64,000 nt of DNA. Origin: Balanoglossus misakiensis. Its lineage: Eukaryota > Animalia > Hemichordata. Below are positions 1-12,915 of the stretch, piece by piece. Location of the stretch: the NCBI GenBank assembly GCA_040954595.2, contig CM082579.2, positions 9,909,625 to 9,973,624 of the forward strand, read 5' to 3'. A program made the translations under genes and the position numbers. Every line of letters starts with the position of its first letter. Within the stretch, counting starts at the first letter, position 1. The notes beneath the pieces are model-generated. The model was given only the letters and a program-made list of their open reading frames with translations, ran no database searches and had not been told where the DNA came from.

Positions 1-361
1 TTCTAGTATCAAAGCCGCAACACCTTAGAAAATAGGAAGCAATATGTTACATGTTACAATTAGTGTGGGTTCATTTTAGCGTCATTTGCATACAGTGGTA
101 TGCATACAGTGGTGTGCAAATAGAGCCGTCAGCATATGTAAGAAATATTAGCTTGGCCAACAAAAGCGCTAGAAAACATTCCAAAGAAGTTATATTAAAA
201 TCACTGTTTTGCAGGTATGTGTTATCCTCAGGCGTCCAGTCATGTCCAGAGTGAAGCACCTTGGGATATATGTCACAGACCAATCGAAATCACCCATACA
301 CGCATGCGTTATACCAGTCCAACTACATGTACAAGCCTAGAGTGACCGAGGGGACTCTTAC

Positions 362-3088
362 CAGCGACGTGGGGCGCTGCCATGGAGGTTCCGCTCATTG
401 TGTAGTAGTTGGAGTCTCCAGTGTGATACGCACTGTAGACGTCAGATCCAGGTGCCAGGATGTCGACGCAGCTGCCGTAATTGGAGTAAGAGGCTAGGCC
501 ATCACTTGACGTGGTAGCTCCCACCGTAATTGCCTGCAATTACAGCGAAAGATATTGTAATATCAAATAAGTTTCTACAACACAAGAGTTTCTTTGTAAG
601 AAATCATTTAAAGTAGCATGCGCCTCCAAAATCAACGTTTGAAACTTTTCCCCTGTTTTGCTCAAGGTATAATTATTCTGTCTAGTTTCTTCTAACAATA
701 TATCCCGAGGGGCATACTGCCTTGATCATTTCATCCCCATTTCCCTCTTAACAGATCGTAGAAAAAATGTAGACCAAACACTGCCGTGCAAAAATAGAAT
801 CCTGCATACCTTAGGAGCAGACGCGGGAGAAACATTACACGCATCCTGAGCTTCGTTTCCAGCGGCAACAACGATGATGTATCCGGCATCAGATAAGCGT
901 TGGACTGCATAGTTCATTGATGAGGAAAAGCCACCACCTAAAGACATGGAAACCACCGCTGGTTTCATATTGGCGCCAGCGACTGCGTCCATAGCTGTGT
1001 GAACATACAAGTAAGATTAAAGTTAGCACCTACCGAAAATAAGCAGTAATTTCAGCTTTAATAAACGGTCTGTCAAATGCAAAATGAAAATGTGTGTACA
1101 ACACGAAAAAACAGCGCGGGAACGCTGCAGCTTGTCGGAGCTTGGCCTTTAACAAGCTGTTCACGGGGCTTTAATAAGATGCTGTCGCCAACCGAGCTTA
1201 CCTGCCACAATGCCACTGGTTGACCCAGAACCCCCACAATCCAGAACACGACACGAGTATAAAGTTACACCAGGTGCAACACCAACAGTTCTTCCACCAA
1301 TGGTTCCAGCGCAGTGAGTGCCGTGTCCCTGACAGTCAGCTCCCTGTGAAATGTTAATGATCATGCATGGGAAAATGATAAGGCATACATGCAAGACTTT
1401 ATGATATCAACTTGAATGCGAAGTGCAAAATTTATACCGAAGACCGCTTTACTATGTAAGATTACAGTAAGAAAAGAAAGTGACATTCTTTTTTTCTGGA
1501 ATATGTCGCCTGATACGTGCCGATTTGTCCATACACAAACGCATGGTGGTGAGGTTAGGCTTTATGGTCGCATCGGATCTGACTATGCTACCTAAACTCC
1601 AATCCAAGTAACAGAAGTAATTTATTTGATTGCGAGTTTTGGGTACAGAAATAAATAATAGTGTGTGTAGACAAAAATATCATGAACATTATGAAAGGAC
1701 TGCAATCGACTGACAGAAATGAATATTTTCGTTTAATACATGCTATTTTTCAGTACGACGCTCGGCAAATTATCATTAGGTTACTTACATTTTTGCCATC
1801 TGAGAATGCATCGTAAAATGTACGTGCTCTTCCACCAAACTCATTGTGTGTGAAATGGATGCCAGTGTCCATTACGAAGACGTTAACGCCACTGCCATCG
1901 CCTAAATACAAGACAATAAATTCAGGAATTTATCAGTAACTATAATAGAGAGGAAAATCAACAGCCACAAATTGTGCGGGCGGATTAACATTAAAAGGTG
2001 GATATTTTATTCTTCGACAACTGTCTAAAGTAGTTGAAATAATATAGAATTCTCTATCGTGTCCTTGCGATCGGTATAAAACTGCCCCATTCAAAATCCT
2101 ATCATGACCTTTCAAAAACTATCATATGTAAATGATTTTGAAAAACAAAACAAAAAATGTTAACTTACCAACGATTGAACGATACACGTCATCCAAGGGT
2201 AGGTCAGTTTGGTCAATCCTGTCCAAACCCCAGGGTGTGCCATCTGCGTTTGTATGGACAACTTCGTCTTCTTCAACAAATTCTACCTCGTCCATCCATC
2301 GCAGCTATGAAAGAGAGAATATTGATAATAATAACACTTCACTGGTCACAATTAAGGCAGATATATGTTTCATAACATGCTATTCAGTAACCGACGTCAA
2401 ATTACTTGGCGTCTAATCCCGTATAATTCCTTACAAAATGACATTAATTCAAACTCATAGATACATACATAGATCCATCCATCCATCCATCCATCCATCC
2501 ATCCATCCATCCAAACCAATATCAGACTGTGTTAACACTTACAATGTGAAGTGCTGCACCAGGAACTCTGGCTACGAAACCTTTCATCAAACTTGTTATA
2601 TTGATTTGGAAATCAATATGTAATCCTCTCTCTTCACTGAGTGTTTGGAATTTTTCTTCAAATTCTTCAAGCTGTTCATCAGTAAGACCATCCTTAATGA
2701 AAAAGAAAACAGATTAAAATGTTATATACGTGAAGGTCGGCAAAATACTAGGAAGCTAGAAATACGCTCTCGTAGTGTGTACATGCATAATGCACGCGTT
2801 TTAATGACACGGCGTGGCGTGTAGATATTTTTAAACACAACAAAAGCCACTTACTTTGAGTTTTACAATATATTCGTCATCTATCTTCTCCTCCCCGGCA
2901 TGAAGAAGCGGAGCTTGTGTTGTACGTTTGACGAAACTGGGGCGAAATTCTCGGGCTTTCAGGTCGGCCAGGGTCTTCAGCTCGGCCAGGGTCTTCGTAA
3001 TCTTGGATTTTCCAGGAAAAGCACTAGTCTGCATCAGTATTACTGCAAATATGCAGATCCAAATCGCTATGTGTCGCGATGAGGCCAT
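362..3088 (-). CDS. Secreted proteinase K/aqualysin-like subtilase (S8A), copy A; 3' end runs off the window start
   Basis: Exons read with GT-AG ends and consistent phases: 3088-2855, 2692-2543, 2304-2169, 1901-1789, 1343-1202, 994-810, 533-362. Signal peptide [23 protein letters not shown], an I9-type propeptide (DEYIVKLK...VEFVEED) and WGLDRIDQ. Catalytic motifs are VMDTG (Asp), HGTHCAG (His), oxyanion AAGN and [11 protein letters not shown] (Ser). Intron positions match copy B. Downstream exons are presumed to lie before position 1. Confidence 0.93.
2475..2512. repeat. (TCCA)n microsatellite
   Basis: Direct tandem ATCC units. A shorter mirrored (GGAT)n lies at ~5389-5405. Confidence 0.9.
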
Positions 3089-5356
3089 GGTTGCTCAGAA
3101 ATTATTCACCTGGAATAGATTGACAAGAAAATGTTAGTGATCACGGCATAGGTATCTTATACCCCAAGTTCTTGGTGGTCATTCATTTTTATGCAGAGTA
3201 CGATTGCAAACATGTAAATGTCGATTACATGTCGATTGTCGATTTTCCAGTTGATATTAAGACGGCATCCAAGTAATCACGACTTGGAAAACGATTATTG
3301 ATCACGCCGCCTCGATAACAAGAAGTCATGATATGGGCACTTTTCAAGCTCAGGTTTTCAAATCAAACATGTTCGAGAAAGGTTTTCTGTAAATAACACA
3401 ACTTCTAAAGCAATCTTTTTGTCAGAGTCGTGCTGAATTTCGCAACGGACGCGGTAAACGTTGTTGGAATCCTAATGAAATGGAATCGTGTTAACGTAAA
3501 AATTAAATTCATGCGACAACAGTGGTGATTAACGTTACACGCAAAACACAGGCGGGACAAGAAGATGCGAATCGAGCATTTGAATATTTGCTATACTCAC
3601 CCAGTACTGGTATCGCGTGCTGTCGTTTCGGCCGGCAAAACTTTCTGATTCTTCCTTACTCCGAGACTCGCTATTTATCTATCTTGTCCGCTTTGTTTCA
3701 CGGTGTCAATTATGTCAGAAATAATTTGCATGGGTCGCAATGGGCGATACCATCAACACCTGCGTCAGTGTAAATTGATCTGACCCACAACCCCTCTTCC
3801 ACATGTTGACATCTGTGGTTTATTTTTTGACTTGCCTGTTTGAATGACATTTATCGATTTTTTCTACTTGCCTTTGTGACTCGCAATTATCGATCGCACT
3901 TCGCATAATTTGTTTATTTGCATTTGTATGAAAATTATTCAAATGTGTTTACTATCCGGTGTTGCGTTATTGGTGTATTTACACCTGTTTAAAAACAATT
4001 TGGGGGTCCACAGTTCCACGGACTCATGTAAGACGAATTCCCTATCCAGGTGCACATATTGATAGGCTTACGAACAGTTATAGTGCAAAGGTGTATACCA
4101 CATTGTGTGATCATGTGAAAGAGGGGTTGTGGGTCAGATCAATTTACACTGGCGCAGGTGTTGATGGTATCGCCCTTTGCGACCCATGCAAATTATTTCT
4201 GACATAATTGACACCGTGAAACAAAGCGGACAAGATTGATAAATAGCGAGTCTCGGAGTAAGGAAGAATCAGAAAGTTTTGCCGGCCGAAACGACAGCAC
4301 GCGAGACCAGTACTGGGTGAGTATAGCAAAGTTTCAAATGCTCGATTCGCATCTTCTTGTCCCGCCTGTGTTTTGCATGTAACGTTAATCACCACTGTTG
4401 TCTCATGAATTTAATTTTTACGTTAACACGATTCCATTTCGTTGCTATTCCAACCACGTTTACCGCGTCCGTTGCGAAATTCAGCACGACTCTGACAACA
4501 AGATTGCTTTAGAAGTTGTGTTCCTTACAGAAATCTTTTCTCGAACATGTTTGATTTGAAAACCTGAGATGGAAAAGTGCCCATATCATGCCTTCTTGTT
4601 AACGAGGCGGCGTGATCAATAATCGTTTTCCAAGTCTTGACTACTTGGATGCCGTCTTAATATCAACTGGAAAATCGACAATCGACATGTTATCGACATT
4701 TACATGTTTGCAATCGTACTCTGCATAAATATGAGTGACTATACCGTGCTCACTAACATTTTCTTGTCAATCTATTATAGGTGAATAATTTCTGAGCAAC
4801 CATGGCCTCATCGCGACACATTGCGATTTGGATCTGCATATTTGCAGTAATACTGATGCAGACTAGTGCTTTTCCTGGAAAATCCAAGATTACGAAGACC
4901 CTGGCCGAGCTGAAGACCCTGGCCGACCTGAAAGCCCGAGAATTTCGCCCCAGTTTCGTCAAACGTACAACACAAGCTCCGCTTCTTCATGCCGGGGAGG
5001 AGAAGATAGATGACGAATATATTGTAAAACTCAAAGTAAGTGGCGTTTGTTGTGTTTAAAAATATCTACACGCCACGCCGTGTCATTAAAACGCGTGCAT
5101 TATGCATGTACACATTACGAGAGCGTATTTCTAGCTTCCTAGTATTTTGCCGACCTTCACGTATATAACATTTTAACCTGTGTTCTTTTTCATTAAGGAT
5201 GGTCTTACTAATGAACAGCTTGAAGAATTTGAAGAAAAATTCCAAGCACTCAGTGAAGAGAGAGGATTACACATTGATTTCCAAATCAATATAACAAGTT
5301 TGATGAAAGGTTTCGTGGCCAGAGTTCCTGCTGCAGCACTTCACATTGTAAGTGTT
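2535..5356. repeat. Large inverted repeat (arms ~2535-3805 and ~4112-5356, spacer ~306 bp) covering promoters and exons 1-2 of the two proteases
   Basis: The arms are reverse complements with only scattered substitutions and one ~25-30 bp indel near 3150-3180. The mirrored ORFs 2831..3088(-)/4802..5059(+) and 3522..3773(+)/4144..4395(-) in the ORF track show the same symmetry. Confidence 0.95.
4235..4322 (+). promoter_or_regulatory. Putative core promoter and non-coding first exon of protease B (mirrored at ~3595-3682 for protease A)
   Basis: TATA-like GATAAATA near 4238, strong donor G|GTGAGT at 4317, and an acceptor TATAG| at 4780 just before the ATG at 4802. Inferred without transcript data. 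Confidence 0.45.
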
Positions 5357-8300
5357 TATGCATTACATTGGTTTATGATATTATGGTATGGATGGATGGA
5401 TGGATTGATTGATTCACCAAAACGCCGAAAACCACGGGAAAAGTTCTTGTATGACATCATAGCAAATGAGGCAAACTTTGCATTGATCGTATATCAATTG
5501 ATTTTTGTTTAGCTCCGTTGGTTGGATGAAGTAGAGTTTGTTGAAGAAGACGAAGTTGTCCATGCAAACGTAGAATGGGGTTTGGACAGGATTGACCAGG
5601 CAAACCTGCCCTTGGATAATGTTTATTCACCCGAACCACTAGGTAAGTCAGGCGCCTTTCTTGCTGTTAACCTTGCACATATTTTGTACATCAGTGTTTG
5701 ACGTCGGAAATCTGTGATTCATCTATGGCTATCTTCTTCAAGTTGCATATCTCAATTATTAACATCCGGTTATTATATGTACTACGTTTTTCACTCTCTC
5801 GAAATATCACTTATCATTTGAGATTCATCGTCGTTTCCGTTCGCCAGCTTCGTTAGCTAAGTGAATGTTTAACCAGGTGATTTTTGTGACTATCGGTTAC
5901 TCAAATTCTTATTTTCTGTCCTTCATATAGGGGACGGTAGTGGCGTGAATGTCTTTGTATTGGATACTGGCATACGTTACTCTCACAGCGAGTTTGGCGG
6001 TAGAGCACATGCATTTTTCGATGCCTTTTCAGATGGACATAATGTAAGTTGTACTATAATGTACTATTGTTTGGGAAACATATGATCAAATGAGAATGTC
6101 TCAATTAGATTTTATGACGACCTGAAGAAACATATTTTAAGTGCATCCGTTTAAGAACTATATTTCTGTGACACAGTTTCAACTGGAACCGTTACCTCCA
6201 CTGCATATTATGTTTTTATTATCAAAAATAATCTTTGTGCTGCAAAAAATGTAAATTGCAAAAAATTTCATGTCAGTTTCAAAGAATTATGTTGGTTTAT
6301 AGTACATTTTCTTATAATCACAGAATACCTCGCATTGCCGAATAAAAGGGTTCGTCTGTTTTCAAAACAGTGTCGTCGTTGGCCCCTGTTTGGAGGACAA
6401 GACAATTGCGAGTCGAGAATGCACGACATTTCGGGTTATTTGATATAATTTGAGAAGATATATGCACTGATAATATTCCTGCATATCCCATTTATCGATG
6501 ACCTTATGTATTATACAGGGAAACGATTGTCACGGACATGGTACACACTGTGCTGGTACTGTTGGTGGGAATACTGTTGGTGTTGCGCCTGGTGTTACAT
6601 TGTATGCGGGTCGTGTTTTGAGTTGCACTGGTGGTGGGTCAACCAGCGGCGTTGTTGCAGGTGAGTGTATAATTATTACATCAAAATAATTGGCAAAACG
6701 AAACACTGTGATTTTCGTTGTTTTTAAGAGGTGAACGGCAAATTGAACAACGGCAAATTGAACAGTCATCCATAACATCCGGGTTCTCAACACTTACTCA
6801 CACAGGTATGGATGCAGTCGCCGCTTCCAATAAGAAACCAGCAGTGGTCTCCATGTCGCTGGGCGGTGGAAGGTCCGAAACTTCGAATTTGGCGGTCAAA
6901 CGGTTAACCGATGCTGGCTACATCGTAGTTGTTGCTGCTGGAAACTCTGATTCAGACGCCTGTTCCTATTCACCTGCTTCGGCTCCTGAGGTATTACATT
7001 TGAAGTGTGACAAAAACAATTAATAAAATATTATGATGTGTTATATGCGGTCCACGAAGAAAGGCTGTGACCGTGTGCATACTGCTTATCGAGAACACCA
7101 CCATTGATCAATATCTGGGGATTTGATTTCGACCTCCGCCATTAGGGTGACTGATTACGATTTACAAACCGTGCATGTTGAGCAGATTCAGGTCTACTGC
7201 TTTGTGAGAATTTCTTATATTTTCCCACTTTCAATATAAACATTTAATTCTCCTCATTGACTGCAGTACATGGCCAAACTAAAACACAACACTTTTTGTG
7301 TTACAGGCAATTACAGTGGGAGCAACCGAATCGGATGATGATTTAGCTCCGTATTCTAATTACGGCAGCTGCGTTAATATTCTGGCACCCGGAAGTGACG
7401 TCAGGAGTGCTTCCTACATTGGGGACTCCAGCTACACCACTATGAGCGGGACCTCGATGGCAACTCCTCATGTTGCGGGTAAGAGTGTCTTGATGTATTC
7501 TGAGGATACGCTCTAAGCAAATCTACGTTTAGCTCAATCAAACACAGTAAATGTTAATTAATGAAATGATGAATGTATTAAAGGGCGACGATCGTCTTGT
7601 GCGCATGTGCCAAACCATAGACTCTGGTTAAAAAAAAATTGCATACAGTCAATGTCGTAAGGTAGAGTGCTGTCCTGGCGGCGACTGTAGTCTGTGTCGA
7701 ATATCTGAAATAGACAGCAAAGGCCAACATTTAAGTCCACTTATACGATGTGCAGGAAGTATGAAAGGAAGAGAAGGCAGTACACAATTTTAATGCGTCG
7801 AACGCAAAATTTGCAGAACATTTTGATTGGACGTAATGTTTGAACACATGAAATTACGTAAATGCGCATAAGACGACCAAATCATCATCACCAGAAGTTC
7901 TTCACTGAACGCCATGCAACAGGCAGTAAGCACCTTACAATCGTCTGCTCTTACCCATTGATGTCAACTGCGGGACTCGTGTGTCTTTTAGATTATCTGT
8001 TCATGTAATATTATTCACTCTATTTCCTAAAGGTGTTGCCGCCCTGCTGCTTGAAGCGGACCCGTCTCTCACACAAACGGCGATGTTAACCAAATTGGTG
8101 GACACTGCCCAAACAGGAAAAATTGACATGTCCCGAGTGCCTCCGAGTGGGAGAATTTCAACACCGAATAAGCTTCTAAATATTGCCCCAAATGGTGAGT
8201 TGACTTATGGGTTGTTTTAATTGAAGCCCCTTAATACTTCATAGAAAGGGAAATGCTCAATTTGGACTCCATCAAGTCAAGTGTAATAAAGTACATTGGG

Positions 8301-9414
8301 CTTTACCATAGGAGGTGGCAGGCACCCGCACATCTGATGGCCGATGAACGAAAGAGCGCCGGCACACCACTGAAATTTAAGTCAAATGTACATCTTTACA
8401 GTCTCTTGATTCTTTGCGCATTTTCTTAGTACCTTTACCAGAAAAGAACTGGCGGGACGATCTCAGGTGCGGACCGAACTATCCTCTTGCCAATGGCGGT
8501 CCAGCAAAATGTGACCCTGATGGTATCTATCCTTGTTGTTCACCTTATGCCTGGTGTGGTAACACTGCGGCTCACTGCACATGCTCTCAATGCATAGACT
8601 ACAGACGTGAGTATAATTAATTTTTCATTCTCGCATTCTATTGTTACAACAGGAATGGAGCGTTTTGTCATATCTGTGCAGCAATAGTGTGATTGGGTAC
8701 AATTTTTAGAAGCCTACACGTATGTTCTGAACTGTTATACGTACGGCCTATGCCATGTATACATGCATATTGCCCCACACGACGAGTTAAATCACGTTTT
8801 TTTTTAATTGGAGGCCTTTACTTCATTGTATTGGAAATGCTTAATTCGAACACCAGGTGTAGTCAAGTACATTCGGTTTTACCGTAGAACATAGCAGCCA
8901 CCCATACATCCGATGAGTGTTGATCGAAAGAGCACCGGCACACCACTGAAATTTAAGTCAAATGTACATCTTTACAGTCTCTTGATTCTTTGCGCATTTT
9001 CTTAGTACCTTTACCAGAAAAGAACTGGCGGGACGATCTCAGGTGCGGACCGAACTATCCTCTTGCCAATGGCGGTCCAGCAAAATGTGACCCTGATGGT
9101 ATCTATCCTTGTTGTTCACCTTATGCCTGGTGTGGTAACACTGCGGCTCACTGCACGTGCTCTAAATGCATAGACTACAGACGTGAGTATAATTAATTTA
9201 CCATTCTCGCATTCTATTGTTACAACAGGAATGGAGCATTTTGACACAACTGTGCAGCAATACTGTGATTGGGTACAATTTTTAGAAGCCTACACGTATG
9301 TTCTGAACTATCTAAGGCCTATGCATGCATGCATGCATACATACATATAGACACATAATGTACCGTAATACTCTTAACAGTACGAAAATAATCTTTCCTT
9401 TCGCCCCAGACTGA
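4802..9414 (+). CDS. Secreted proteinase K/aqualysin-like subtilase (S8A), copy B, with two C-terminal hevein-like (chitin-binding type 1) domains, ~548 aa
   Basis: Exons 4802-5035, 5198-5347, 5513-5642, 5931-6043, 6519-6660, 6806-6990, 7307-7478, 8033-8194, 8430-8606, 9006-9182 and a tentative terminal exon 9410-9414 (AC-TGA). Their sum of 1647 nt is in frame. Motifs: [34 protein letters not shown], then two copies of [51 protein letters not shown] lies near 9703. The last exon is uncertain, and an alternative acceptor (8442/9018) is possible. Confidence 0.9.
8290..9330 (+). repeat. Tandem duplication (period 576 bp) of the hevein-like exon plus flanking intron
   Basis: About 8350-8730 matches about 8926-9310 almost base for base. 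The two exons differ by one residue (SQC vs SKC). Confidence 0.93.
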
Positions 9415-11106
9415 CCGTTACAGAGGAGATGGTGATTGCGATGACGGTGAACCAGACTCGGATTACAGCTATACAGTGAACCGACTGTGGACCCCGACCT
9501 CCACTGTGAATCAGCCTTCAGTGAAACTCACAAGGGAAGATGAACATCAGTCGCGGTGTATGCATGAACAATGACAATACATGTAGATTACGATTTTTGA
9601 CTTTTTCATCTTTTTTTTCTGTTGCTCAAAAGTATTGCGAATACAACTTTTGAATTAAGCTACCGCCTTGTGTGGCTATCGTTGGAATTTGTATTATAAA
9701 AAAATAAACCTAGTAATTACTAGTAATGTTTAAGTATTGGTATATTGTTGTTGTATTGATACACTTCATTCTTGCGCCCAGTGGTTACAAACTTACACAA
9801 ACGCTGTGCAGTCGCCGATGTCGGGTGTTTTCTGCCCGCCTGTGTGTTCTCGCCCTCCACGGTCGACTTTGTGCCCGAACAACCATTCCCCATGATTGCC
9901 GTCTGTGTTAGAAGACGTGCTCAGATGACAAAATTAATCCCGTCATTACGATACGCCGTGTAAGGTTTGCAGGTCGCCCTTCGCTCCGCAGTGACAACGT
10001 TCACTTCCGCCGCAAGGTGACCCGGTTACCATTGACGACGGCATCTGTTTAGGCCTCAACCGTGACGGGGCCTTGACAGGTAAAAGAACAATCATTGGGG
10101 GCAGTATATGACGGCGATGCGTCAGTACTGCACTTCTTTCAATATGCCGTATTTATATTCTAATTTGTATTTCAGGCATTGGCGGTGTGCACTCATGCTT
10201 AATAGCAGAACGACGCGACCCCACTGTGCGTGACCCCGTGATAGTCATAAACGGGTAATATGAACGGCATTCTAACAGTACGTATTCAACGACAAAATCC
10301 CAGTCTAAAGCGCAGAGGTAATCTAGGTCAGGACATTTTGGTCATGTGCATAAAACAGATCCAGACGCAAAGCCGTTAACATTCTCTAATAATTCCTCCA
10401 GGAATCAATTAGCAAGCCATAACCTGTACTTTAAATTGACTTGGGAATATCGCTTACAGAAGGCGATACATGTATCCCAGGGCTAACACGGTGTTACCTT
10501 CACGATCCCAGTAAACGTTCAAAATAGCATACGGACCATTTCCCTCGTGTCAATGCGAGTGTGGCCGTGTCATTTACGAGGTAAAATATAACATATCACC
10601 AAGGCAACTTTTCATCTGTTTATTGGATACAATACGGCAATACACAATGAGACGAGGCAATTTTACATCGGAATAAAAAATGAAATCTTTTCCCCAACTT
10701 CAACTTGTTGAACATTTTCCTTCCACGTCTTTGATTGGGCTTTTAAATGTGCTGGTTTCTAACAGCTAATCAACTGAAGTGGTGGAATCTATAGTGATGC
10801 AGAAGATATTCCATAATTGTGATGTCAGAGTCACATATAGTTCAGAATGATAGTCACATGCATTTAAATATCTATTTGAGGCATCTTTAACAGCTTTGTC
10901 CACATGCAATATTATTTATCAAGTTATGTATTCCAAATCCCGCGTTTGAGCATTCACAGAACCGTCATGACCCGCACAAAGGTAAAATCGAAGCTCACAG
11001 AACATGATAACACATGATATAAGAGTCGTTGATCGACTGAATTTTGTCACAGAAAAGCCTCCTTAAGGAATGATCTAACTACAGCTTTTCTGATAGGCCT
11101 ATTTAA

Positions 11107-12834
11107 TTATTCAACGTCGACCTTCAGATTCTCGTTCATATTGTCTTCGTTACGCTTGAAATAAATCTTCATATTCTGTACTGCATTCTTTTCATCCTGA
11201 CATTTTCCGCGGTTCTCTTTTATTTCTGGCTGTGGGGTCCCGGCCTGGCCGAGGTCGTTGTTTTGGTGGAAGCACGCTGGGTGGGGTTGCTTTACGTTGT
11301 GTCTTCTGCAGCGGAGAACGCACCAACGCAACGCTGTCACGGAGAGCGCTCCCAGACAAAACATGGCCAGTGTCGTCGCTACTGCGAGCGATACCGATAT
11401 GCAGTCTGAATGTTGGGTGATAGTCCGGCTTGCCGTCAAGGCGGGAAGATCTTCCGCTGACGTCACAGTCGAGGCAACCCCGGCGACGTATTCATCATCC
11501 CCTCCACCCACCTTCAATATGGAGACTGCCACAGAAGACCCGATGATGTTAGTTGCCTGACAAATTACCGTAGAGTTGTTATGCTTTCTCATAACATTGA
11601 TGAGCACTAAGACTTCTCCCTCTGCGTTCTGAGTCAGACTGTACTCGCCGTCGCCAAGGGCATCCGATACAGGTTTGTGGTCGATGTACCAGCTGTAGCC
11701 AGACACCGCTGGGTTTGCCCTGGCAGAACAGGTGAACGTGACGTTGCCGTGGACTTGCGCGTGCACTGAACCTGGAAGCTGCGAGACAATCGGAGAAAAG
11801 TTCACCTCTATTGGCCCAATGGTACACACGCCATCTTCAGAGGTTCCACTCGACTTCTCCCCCACGCAACGTATGTAAGCCCCGTTGTCATTGGCAGATA
11901 GGTGCCACGTATCCAGTATATCGGCGTAACCAGGGCGAACCACCGACCCCCTTCTTTCTTCGCCATTTTTTCTCCAGGATAACTGAATTGTGTCTTCGTT
12001 GGAACGAGACACGCAGGCCACGATGATGTCACTGCCCTCGATGAACTTGTCAGACGGATTCAAAACCTGGCACGACGGGTACATGTCAGGTGGGGGTATG
12101 ACAGAAACTGTTATAGTGTCCGATAGCGTTACCAGACGAGGTTCGTTCTGCCGGTAAACGACACAGGTGAATTGCCCGGAATCCTCCAGCTTAGCGTCCT
12201 TTATTTCTAACCCGAACTCGCCAACGCTACCCCCCTTGTGTAAGAAATAACGAGACCGAATGCCGGGGATATTCAGGCTGGTGGGTTGCAGAACACGGTG
12301 GTTGTGCGAAATAGCGTAGACGCCTTTCATCCAGTGAACAACGAACATCTCAGCGTTGAACTGGTCCAGTCGACACGGCAGAACCACCGTGTCGCCCTCG
12401 ACTGCAATGCGGTGACCGGGACGTTGGCCGAACTTCGGCGGGATTACGTCCAGAGTCGCCAGTCTAGACCACATCACGAACTCGGCGCCGTTGTACAGCA
12501 GGCACCTGTAGCTTGCCTGGTCTCCCGGTACGACGTCCTGGATCGTCAGGCGATGATCTCCTACTCGACTGTATCGGTCCTGGTACGTGTACCGCGGGGT
12601 ACCGTCGTGGATGTACTTGTGGCTATCCGATGTGTTCATCTGCCAGATTACTGTGTAGTCGGGCCCACCGTCAACGACGCCGTTTATTGTGCAGTGCAGC
12701 ACGGTGGTAGTGCCCTCGATGACCTCAACGTCGTCGGGCTCCAGAACGAAGTACGGCTTGCACTCAACACCGGCAACAAACATCGAGACAGCCGACAGAA
12801 AAAGAACGCACACTCGTAACAGTTTGACATCCAT
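11107..12834 (-). CDS. Single-exon type I membrane protein with four Ig-like domains (KIRREL/nephrin/CADM-like IgSF), 575 aa
   Basis: Uninterrupted ORF. Signal peptide, then Ig1 (LHC...W...LTIQDVVPGDQASYRC), Ig2 (LPC...W...LEIKDAKLEDSGQFTC), Ig3 C2-like (VAC...LSWRKNG...DNGAYIRC) and Ig4 (FTCSARANP...W...VICQATNIIG). A hydrophobic TM (ISVSLAVATTLAMFCLGALSVTAL) is followed by a basic/Cys stop-transfer segment and a short tail. Confidence 0.9.
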   Translation of the reverse strand: MDVKLLRVCVLFLSAVSMFVAGVECKPYFVLEPDDVEVIEGTTTVLHCTINGVVDGGPDYTVIWQMNTSDSHKYIHDGTPRYTYQDRYSRVGDHRLTIQDVVPGDQASYRCLLYNGAEFVMWSRLATLDVIPPKFGQRPGHRIAVEGDTVVLPCRLDQFNAEMFVVHWMKGVYAISHNHRVLQPTSLNIPGIRSRYFLHKGGSVGEFGLEIKDAKLEDSGQFTCVVYRQNEPRLVTLSDTITVSVIPPPDMYPSCQVLNPSDKFIEGSDIIVACVSRSNEDTIQLSWRKNGEERRGSVVRPGYADILDTWHLSANDNGAYIRCVGEKSSGTSEDGVCTIGPIEVNFSPIVSQLPGSVHAQVHGNVTFTCSARANPAVSGYSWYIDHKPVSDALGDGEYSLTQNAEGEVLVLINVMRKHNNSTVICQATNIIGSSVAVSILKVGGGDDEYVAGVASTVTSAEDLPALTASRTITQHSDCISVSLAVATTLAMFCLGALSVTALRWCVLRCRRHNVKQPHPACFHQNNDLGQAGTPQPEIKENRGKCQDEKNAVQNMKIYFKRNEDNMNENLKVDVE

Positions 12835-12915
12835 CGTCCAGTGCTCTTTGCAAATTCATCAGACCAGACGAAATGGAAAGATGTTGTTCACTGTTTGCTT
12901 CACCTCAATTGTGTG

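Noticed and set aside
3522-4395. Mirrored 83-aa ORFs MVINVT...
   Set aside because: They start at GTG, have no recognisable domain, and are duplicated only because they lie in the inverted-repeat arms.
4802-9414. Assigning the symbol PCSK9
   Set aside because: Same proteinase K family, but there is no Cys/His-rich C-terminal domain and orthology cannot be shown without a tree.
12286-12819. 177-aa plus-strand ORF and similar antisense ORFs over the VWD, VWA and EGF exons
   Set aside because: These are antisense shadows of GC-rich coding exons.
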